Below, in pieces: positions 56,118-62,800 of a stretch of DNA of 62,800 nt. Made by a program: the position numbers and the translations under genes. The stretch is from a virus (Duplodnaviria > Heunggongvirae > Uroviricota > Caudoviricetes). The notes beneath the pieces are model-generated. The model was given only the letters and a program-made list of their open reading frames with translations, was not told where the DNA came from and did no database searches. Every line of letters starts with the position of its first letter. Position 1 is the stretch's first letter. The stretch is taken from the IMG/VR virus record IMGVR_UViG_3300042544_003430; one strand, written 5' to 3'.

Positions 56118-57722
56118 ATGGCAGGTTTTTTAGACGCTAACCCACAGAATAAATTTCTAACTCAAATGTACAAAAATTTGAGTCGAATAGGAAAATTTGG
56201 GATGCAATATGAGGATATGGTTATCAAGAACTCACAAACAATTGGGCAAACAGAGTCCCAGATGTTTACTGAGGAGGGAACTGGTTTTACTGAAGACAGT
56301 GCTTTTTATTGGACCCTTGGATATCAAGATACGAGAATAAGAAAATATATTGCTTATTTCGATAAGGATTATCTTGGTAAAAGAGACTTTCTTAGAAAGT
56401 TTTCCCTAAATGGGGAGATTGATTTTATTTTGGAGACTATTTCAGACGAAGCAATTAATTATGACGATAAGAACTTCTTTGCTTATCCAGCTTTAAACAA
56501 TATAGATATCAAAGATAAAATTCTCGATAAGGTACAGGAGAATTTTAAAACAATTTATATGTTGTATGGATTTCAGCAGAACAACCTGGCTTGGCAATTA
56601 TTCAAACAATTTCTAATCGATGGATTCCTTTCTTTTGAAATTGTGTATTCTACAGACGGAAAGAAGATAGTAGGTTTTAAAGAATTGGACCCAACTTCGT
56701 TGCAGCCTTCAACCCAAAAGGCTCCAGATGGATCTTTCGAACAAATCTGGGTTCAGTATCCAAAAGATACCCAATTAATGAGAACATTAAAGTCTGAACA
56801 AATCATCTATATTTCTTATGCTAAAGGTAATTCTATTTCTAGAGTAAGTTATGTAGAGAGATTGATTAGATCTTATAACATCCTAAGAGTAATGGAAAAT
56901 ACCAGAGTTATCTGGAATGTTATGAATGCTTCATATAGACTTAAGTTTGTAATTCCAGTTGGAACTCAGTCCCAGCAGAAAGCAATGCAAACGCTAGGCC
57001 AGCTTATGTCTTCTTATAAGGAAGATGTTACTATTAATGATACCTCGGGGGAATTACTAGTTAATGGAGCCCCTAAGGTTCAATTCTATAAAAACTATCT
57101 ATTCCCCGAAAAAGATGGTCAATCCCCACAGATAGATGTTCTAAACGCAAATGGGCCAGACTTTAACGTAATGGAAAATGTGATTTATTTCTACAATAAA
57201 TTGAAATTAGATTCTAAAATTCCTTATGCTAGATTTGCAGGAAGAGGAGCAGCACCAACAAATTATCAAATTGCAATAGATCAATTAGAAAGGGATGAAA
57301 TTAGATTTGGAAAATTCTTGGTCAGATTAAGGTCAATTTTTCAGGAAATAATAGTAAAACCCCTATACATTCAAATGTGTCTAGATTTTCCTGAACTTTC
57401 TAAAGATAGAATGTTTAAATCTAATTTAGGCCTTTCCTTCTGTAGCGAAAATCAATTCGAAGAACTTCTAAATCTATCTCATCTAACCAAAGCTACAGCT
57501 TTCGTTACTGCTCTTGGTGATATGAAATATAAGGAAGGTGAGGAAGAAAAACCTTATTTCGATAAGGATTTTTTGATTAGAAGATTTCTTCCTCTATCTA
57601 GAGACGAATTCGAAAAAAATAAGTCTTATAAAGAAAAAGCAGCTAAAGAGGCAGAAAAAGCCAAGAAAGAAGCAGGTGGAGCAGAAGAAGGTGGAGCAGA
57701 AGCAGGATCTATCACTTTATAA
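56118..57722 (+). CDS. gp20: Portal protein, copy 2
   Basis: Colinear full-length paralog of 54478 (YFDKDY.GKRD.LRKFSLN, EIRFGKFL.RLR). Confidence 0.82.
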   Translation: MAGFLDANPQNKFLTQMYKNLSRIGKFGMQYEDMVIKNSQTIGQTESQMFTEEGTGFTEDSAFYWTLGYQDTRIRKYIAYFDKDYLGKRDFLRKFSLNGEIDFILETISDEAINYDDKNFFAYPALNNIDIKDKILDKVQENFKTIYMLYGFQQNNLAWQLFKQFLIDGFLSFEIVYSTDGKKIVGFKELDPTSLQPSTQKAPDGSFEQIWVQYPKDTQLMRTLKSEQIIYISYAKGNSISRVSYVERLIRSYNILRVMENTRVIWNVMNASYRLKFVIPVGTQSQQKAMQTLGQLMSSYKEDVTINDTSGELLVNGAPKVQFYKNYLFPEKDGQSPQIDVLNANGPDFNVMENVIYFYNKLKLDSKIPYARFAGRGAAPTNYQIAIDQLERDEIRFGKFLVRLRSIFQEIIVKPLYIQMCLDFPELSKDRMFKSNLGLSFCSENQFEELLNLSHLTKATAFVTALGDMKYKEGEEEKPYFDKDFLIRRFLPLSRDEFEKNKSYKEKAAKEAEKAKKEAGGAEEGGAEAGSITL

Positions 57723-57725
57723 TAC

Positions 57726-57740
57726 GGGACCGTATATTTA
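57726..57740 (+). promoter_or_regulatory. Class II motif GGGACCGTATATTTA
   Basis: 20 nt before the ligase ATG. Confidence 0.65.
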
Positions 57741-57760
57741 TGTAGATAATAACCTTCTAC

Positions 57761-59101
57761 ATGAAACAAGAACTCAGAGTCCTATTAGCAGTCGAGTCCC
57801 TTACGGGCAACGGATCGCAGAAAGAAAAACAAAGGCTAATTTCCGAAAATCTATCGGAAGAAATGCTTTACATCTTAGATGTTTGCTTTAACCCTTTCAT
57901 CACAACTAAACTTCATAAGCTAGACTTACATCAAAGTCTAGACGTTCCCAAATTTCCAGGATTTAGTACTTTTAAAGAACTAGTAGAAGATCTTAAAAAA
58001 TCTTCCGCTGCTAACGATTCACTTAGATCGAGAGCTAATTCCTTGATAAATTCAACTATACACGAGGATGATTTGGCGGAGGATATAGAACTTAGAGTTA
58101 TTCTAATGAAGATTCTAACCAAAAGAATGAACATTGGAATCGGAGCTAAGCTAATCAATAAAGCAATAGGAAGAGAATTAATTCCAGATGCTTCTCTAAT
58201 GCTTGCTTCGGACGACCAAAAAGAGATTGAAGGCTGGGATAAAATCTATTGCGAAGAAAAATATGACGGAGTTAGAGTCATAGCAAAAGGGAATTCCAGA
58301 GATGGATTTCTTTTCTTCACCAGATCTTTTAACGAGCTGGATAAGAATAAGCTATCAAAGATCGAATCTCACTTGTTAGCTTCTCTTAGAAAATCTGGGA
58401 TAACCGAAGACATTTTCTTCGACGGAGAGCTTACTGATCATAACAGAAAATCTGTATCGGGCAAAGTCACTAAAATTTTAAAAGGAACAGCTCCTGATAA
58501 TATAGACGATGAGTTTCTTTATAATGTATTTGATTTTGAATCTGCAGAAACTCTCGAAAGAGGAAAGGGTATTTCTACCTATCTTGAAAGAAGGTCAAAT
58601 TTAGAATCTGTTCTTTCCTTCTTGGAATTGGATAGCCCGGTTAAAGTTGCTCGCCAATGGGTAACAAATAACATGGACGAGGTAAATAAGATCTACGAAG
58701 AGATAGTTGCACTAGGTGGAGAAGGGGTCATTTTAAAGTCCTCACATCACGTATACGAGTGTAAGAGATCTAAATCATGGGTTAAGTTAAAAGAAGTAAA
58801 AGATCTTGATTTAGAGATCGTAGGATGGTATCCTGGCGAAGGTAAGAGGGAAGGTTACATTGGAGGATTTATTTGTACTGACAAATCTAAGACTCTGGAT
58901 GTTAAAATAGGATCAGGTTTTACCGAGGACGATCTAAAAACACTTAGTGTAAACCCAGACTCTCTAATTGGTAGAATTGCAGCAATCCAATATAATGTTC
59001 CTATCACAGATAAATTTGGAAATAGAAGTTTATTTCTTCCTAGGTTTATAGAGGTAAGATCGGACAAAACCGAAGCCGATGACATCACTAGTTTATTCTA
59101 A
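57761..59101 (+). CDS. ATP-dependent DNA ligase
   Basis: EEKYDGVR, FFDGEL, EGVILK, KRSKSWVKLK, LFLPRF..VRSDK. Confidence 0.95.
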   Translation: MKQELRVLLAVESLTGNGSQKEKQRLISENLSEEMLYILDVCFNPFITTKLHKLDLHQSLDVPKFPGFSTFKELVEDLKKSSAANDSLRSRANSLINSTIHEDDLAEDIELRVILMKILTKRMNIGIGAKLINKAIGRELIPDASLMLASDDQKEIEGWDKIYCEEKYDGVRVIAKGNSRDGFLFFTRSFNELDKNKLSKIESHLLASLRKSGITEDIFFDGELTDHNRKSVSGKVTKILKGTAPDNIDDEFLYNVFDFESAETLERGKGISTYLERRSNLESVLSFLELDSPVKVARQWVTNNMDEVNKIYEEIVALGGEGVILKSSHHVYECKRSKSWVKLKEVKDLDLEIVGWYPGEGKREGYIGGFICTDKSKTLDVKIGSGFTEDDLKTLSVNPDSLIGRIAAIQYNVPITDKFGNRSLFLPRFIEVRSDKTEADDITSLF

Positions 59102-59104
59102 ATG

Positions 59105-59131
59105 GAAACTAAACTCATATTTTCAATATAA
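59105..59131 (+). promoter_or_regulatory. Class III motif GAAAC-N17-TATAA
   Basis: Upstream of the clamp loader. Confidence 0.55.
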
Positions 59132-59136
59132 ATAAC

Positions 59137-60084
59137 ATGATTCAAGACTTATTAACAGAAAAATTAAGGCCTAAAGAAATCAAGCATATGATCCTACCTC
59201 CTAGAATTAGAGTTCTATTTGAGGACAAAGGACTAAATCAAAATGTACTTCTTTCCGGTTCTCCAGGATGTGGTAAAACCACATTAGCTAAGATCTTAGC
59301 AAAAGATCTCCCCCACATTTTTATCAACGTTTCCGACGAGAGCTCGGTTGATACTATCAGAAATAAAATCAACGACTTTTGTTCTAACATCAGTGTCTTG
59401 GATGGCAGATCTTCTAAGAAGGTAGTTATCCTGGATGAGTTTGACGGTGCTTCTGATCAGTTCTACAAAGCACTAAGAGGAACAATCGAGAAGTTTGCAG
59501 GCAATACCAGGTTCGTAGCAACTTGTAACTGGATTAACAAAGTACCTGAAGCTATCCAAAGTAGATTCGAGGTTATCAATTTTGATCCGGCTAACTCAGA
59601 TGAAGAAGAAGCAATCAAACAAGAATGGAAATCTAGAGTAAATTTGATTCTAAAGAAACTGAATATTGCAATAGACGAGGAGTCATTAACAGCTTTCGAA
59701 AGAGAATATTTTCCAGACTTTAGATCTGCTTTGAATAGAATTCAATCGTGGACTATTGAAGGAGTTTCTAACATTGATCTCTCCAAGGTTAAAGAAGCTC
59801 ACTGGTCTTACGAAGATTTGTACAAAATGGCAATCGAATCCAAGGATCCAGTAAAAAATTACCAAATTATAGTTGGCCAATATTCAACCAAGGTTGATGA
59901 TGTCATGACTTCTCTCGGAGAGGAATTTATCAATTGGATTGTTACTAATCATCCAGATAAAACTAAGATTATTCCAGCAGTGGTTGTTCTAGTAGCTTCT
60001 CACCAAGCACAAAGAACCACAGTGATAGATCCAGTAGTTTCACTGTTATCTTTATTTTATTCAATTCAAAAATTAGTAGACTAA
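59137..60084 (+). CDS. gp44: Sliding clamp loader subunit (T4 gp44/RFC-like AAA+)
   Basis: TEKLRP, GSPGCGKTT, ILDEFD, IQSRF. Confidence 0.92.
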   Translation: MIQDLLTEKLRPKEIKHMILPPRIRVLFEDKGLNQNVLLSGSPGCGKTTLAKILAKDLPHIFINVSDESSVDTIRNKINDFCSNISVLDGRSSKKVVILDEFDGASDQFYKALRGTIEKFAGNTRFVATCNWINKVPEAIQSRFEVINFDPANSDEEEAIKQEWKSRVNLILKKLNIAIDEESLTAFEREYFPDFRSALNRIQSWTIEGVSNIDLSKVKEAHWSYEDLYKMAIESKDPVKNYQIIVGQYSTKVDDVMTSLGEEFINWIVTNHPDKTKIIPAVVVLVASHQAQRTTVIDPVVSLLSLFYSIQKLVD

Positions 60085-60614
60085 TGAAAAAGAGATTAAT
60101 ATTAGTAGGCAAAGGTGGATCAGGTAAAGACCATCTAAGAAAAATGCTAGAAGAAAAGGGGTTTAAATATTGTGTTTCACATACAACCAGACCCATCAGA
60201 GATGGGGAAGAGAACGGAAAGGATTATTGGTATATCAAAGCAACAGATCTCCCTGAAATGGCTGATAAATTTTACGAAGGAGTTTATTTCAATGATTGGT
60301 TCTATGGAACCTCTCTTGAGGAATTCCATTCTTCTAATCTTTTTATCATGACTCCGAAGGGAATAGCTAAGGTAAAACCTGAAGATAGAAAAGAGTCTGT
60401 AATTCTTTATATTAACATTGACGAGGAAACCAGAAGAAAAAGATTAGAAGGTAGAAGAGATGCAGACACAGTTAACAGAAGACTCGAAGCAGACTTTCAG
60501 GATTTTTACGACTTTACAGATTACGATCTAGAAACCACAAATCCAACCTTTGAAGTTGATGAGATATTGAGCAAGATTAATGAATATTGTATGAGAGCAT
60601 TCAAAATCCGATAA
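60084..60614 (+). CDS. gmk: Guanylate kinase-like protein
   Basis: GKGGSGKD, SHTTRPIRDGEENGKDY, FYGT. Confidence 0.88.
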   Translation: MKKRLILVGKGGSGKDHLRKMLEEKGFKYCVSHTTRPIRDGEENGKDYWYIKATDLPEMADKFYEGVYFNDWFYGTSLEEFHSSNLFIMTPKGIAKVKPEDRKESVILYINIDEETRRKRLEGRRDADTVNRRLEADFQDFYDFTDYDLETTNPTFEVDEILSKINEYCMRAFKIR

Positions 60615-60679
60615 ATCTCTAACAGGCAAAGGTAATAAAATAAACCCCCTCGAATCAATGTTCAATATTGATTATTCAA

Positions 60680-62800
60680 CTAGTCTTTTATAAATTTGGA
60701 ATAGAATCTTAATCCACTTTTCTTAACCAATTGGATGATATAAAATCCTTTTTGTAATTCTTCGGTATTAATTTTTATTAATTCCCCGTTAAATTGACTC
60801 AAATCTATTTCTTGGATAGTTTTTCCTTGAATATCAGTAATTAAGATTGTTTCATAAGTTTGTAATTGTCCTTGAATTAGTAAATTCAAATTTTTTTGAT
60901 TTGGATTAGGGTACAAAGCCTTTATACCAGTTTGGGTATTGCTGTGCTCTAATTGTACAATATTACTAAAGGTAATTAATCCACTATTTTCTGTAATTCT
61001 GAGTTGGTAATAGGTTGAATTATAAGCCAGATGTTGTGTGTTTATAAATTCATAGTGTGTAATTGAATTGGTGTTATTTAATGCCTTGATATCTCCTATC
61101 GGATTAAAATTGATGCCGTCATAAGAAACCATAATCTCATATTTAACAATGTCTATTTCACCAGCTGCTTGCCACTCTATGTAATGTTGATTCATGACCT
61201 GATAGGCTTCAAAAGAAATTAATTTGACGGGTAAAGGAATACAATCCGCGGTTAAAATAAAGGTATCTCTAATGGTTTGACAAATGTTATTGTCTATTTG
61301 CCACACAAGCCTGTAAGTACTTAATGAATCCCCAGTGAAGGTGGCATTAGGATTGTGAACATCACTAATAGTGCCCCCCGAACCGCTTATAATAATCCAT
61401 GTGCCCTTAGAATTTCCGTTTGTTGATTTTGCATGTAATTCATAAGGTCCACAGTAAATATCAGAATCTGATGCAGATGAAATGTGTCGGTCAATAATAG
61501 ACGAAACCATGAATAATCCATTGGTTGTACCCGCACCTCCTCTCGTAGCTCCATTCGCGATAAATTCTGTTAATGATGGAGAAGTGGTTGTACCATTTAC
61601 ACCACCATTTGCTACTCTTGTTGGGTTCCCGTTTGAGATAGATATAGTACCACCGCCACCGCCTCCTCCAGGACCTTCTGCTTCAAGACTGGTAATTAAT
61701 TGATTGCCACCATTACCCCCATTTGTAAATAAGTTTAAAGTGTTTGCTATTGTACCATCAACGCTTAATAAGATTGTACCACCACCGCCACCTCCTCCAG
61801 GAGCATCATTGTGTCCCGCCGTTGTATTGGGTGAGTTTCCTCCACTTGAGGTAATAACGCCACTTCCTGATAAATTACCATAGCAAAGAATCAAAACTAT
61901 TCCACCCCCGTGGCCACCTCTTGTTGCTGCCGAATTATTACCATCACCTGCACCTCCTCCGCCTCCAAAAAATGTTCTAGTATTGCTAAAAACCAAAGGC
62001 CTTCCACCATAGCCACCCGAATTTCTTCTCCAATCTCCACCCCAAAGACTATTACCAGGTGCGGTTATTATTGCATCTCTATTAGCCCCAGAATAAGTAT
62101 ATCCCCCTCTACCTCCTCCAGATGAAGTATTTGTTGAAAATGAACCTCCTTCCAAATTCCATGCGGTTGTCCAATTAATTGGTCCGTTGTTTGGATTACC
62201 TAGTCCGTTCCACGCAGATACAACCCCACCATTTGCACCACCCCCACCACCAGCATTGTGAGAATTACCCCCTCCCCCTCCATTTGCAGGAGCTCCTCTG
62301 CCATACCTTCCCCCCAAGATATCATAAACAGAATCCCCACCTGCTATACTCTCTCCTTTTCTTCCCCCCTGCGCTACATTACTCGAGTAAAAACCGAGAT
62401 AAGCACCCCCTGATGTATTGTCACTAGCACCACCTCTAAATCCAGTTTCGGAAGCGTCTATTGTACCATTAATCGTTCCATTTCCTCCAATTTCAATAAC
62501 TGTTATTCCACCACTTCTCCCATTCCAATTGGCGGGTCTTATTGTATTACCACTCGCTAAATTAAAGCTTGTGTATCGTGGAACTCTTATAACTTGTGTT
62601 TTTCCACTAGATGAATAGTTGTTTACTAAGGGAACATTAAAATTTATAGTAGTTGAGTTTGGTACACTGCTCACACACCTGAATTCATACAGTCCCGCAC
62701 TGTTGTAATTGGTAATAGCACCATAAGTTGCATTATTTACAATGTTTATAGTGGCACCCTGCATTTGAATAATGAGGATTAAATCGCCAGATGACAAATT
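60680..62800 (-). CDS. Partial Gly-rich secreted protein with T9SS type A C-terminal sorting domain (start lies beyond the window)
   Basis: GGGGG-rich repeats; PLPVKLISFEA domain; KALYPNP...ITDIQGK...GFYIIQL...KFIKD terminus. Frame is open to the window edge. Confidence 0.85.
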   Translation of the reverse strand, partial: NLSSGDLILIIQMQGATINIVNNATYGAITNYNSAGLYEFRCVSSVPNSTTINFNVPLVNNYSSSGKTQVIRVPRYTSFNLASGNTIRPANWNGRSGGITVIEIGGNGTINGTIDASETGFRGGASDNTSGGAYLGFYSSNVAQGGRKGESIAGGDSVYDILGGRYGRGAPANGGGGGNSHNAGGGGGANGGVVSAWNGLGNPNNGPINWTTAWNLEGGSFSTNTSSGGGRGGYTYSGANRDAIITAPGNSLWGGDWRRNSGGYGGRPLVFSNTRTFFGGGGGAGDGNNSAATRGGHGGGIVLILCYGNLSGSGVITSSGGNSPNTTAGHNDAPGGGGGGGTILLSVDGTIANTLNLFTNGGNGGNQLITSLEAEGPGGGGGGGTISISNGNPTRVANGGVNGTTTSPSLTEFIANGATRGGAGTTNGLFMVSSIIDRHISSASDSDIYCGPYELHAKSTNGNSKGTWIIISGSGGTISDVHNPNATFTGDSLSTYRLVWQIDNNICQTIRDTFILTADCIPLPVKLISFEAYQVMNQHYIEWQAAGEIDIVKYEIMVSYDGINFNPIGDIKALNNTNSITHYEFINTQHLAYNSTYYQLRITENSGLITFSNIVQLEHSNTQTGIKALYPNPNQKNLNLLIQGQLQTYETILITDIQGKTIQEIDLSQFNGELIKINTEELQKGFYIIQLVKKSGLRFYSKFIKD

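Noticed and set aside
7505-59101. Inteins, group I introns or homing endonucleases in uvsX, helicase, terL or ligase
   Set aside because: Protein lengths are ordinary and I saw no splicing or LAGLIDADG/HNH/GIY-YIG motifs.
1449-62618. Numerous 60-150-aa ORFs nested in or antisense to long genes (e.g. 29039..29482, 25676..26053, 53102..53395)
   Set aside because: They overlap well-supported genes and have no recognisable features, as expected by chance.
1-62800. Stop-codon reassignment, as in some jumbo phages
   Set aside because: Core genes are full length under the standard code. TAG stops (5408, 25500, 25918, 60680) and TGA stops fall at sensible gene ends.
1-62800. CRISPR array or diversity-generating retroelement
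   Set aside because: No regularly spaced repeats. The Mtd-like N-terminal domain at 15892 lacks a variable C-terminal domain, and there is no reverse transcriptase or template repeat in the window.
1-62800. Apparent abundance of CTAG/GATC-containing palindromes as a sign of DNA modification or a marker of foreign segments
   Set aside because: Such sites also occur in the accessory genes, and without counting against a codon-aware null the impression cannot be supported.

Overview
This window is a segment of a large, AT-rich, T4-like (myovirus-type) jumbo phage genome read with the standard genetic code. The host is probably a Bacteroidota, inferred from two type IX secretion cargo genes, Gln-after-signal-peptide exports and the lack of obvious Shine-Dalgarno sites. 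Replication and recombination genes are UvsX/RecA, gp41 helicase, gp47/gp46, ligase, clamp loader, dCMP deaminase, guanylate kinase and a PD-(D/E)XK nuclease. Morphogenesis genes are gp14- and gp15-like proteins, TerL, a very long sheath, two tail tubes, gp26/gp51-like hub proteins, gp4, gp2 and two tandem portals. The window also holds a tRNA-Ser, a ~9 kb sugar-modification cluster and several putative internal head proteins with a capsid-targeting-like N-terminus. The most notable signal is three distinct upstream motifs (CCGTATATT, GAAAC-N16-18-TATAA, GATATATA) alongside three sigma-like genes. One of these is a divergent gp55 paralog with a virion-targeting-like leader, which suggests a closed early/middle/late sigma loop. 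Also notable are a likely -1 frameshift extension of a 953-aa head protein, a possible +1 frameshift at the gp26/gp51 junction, the duplicated portal and phage-borne T9SS cargo. All family assignments come from motif recognition by eye; no searches were run.
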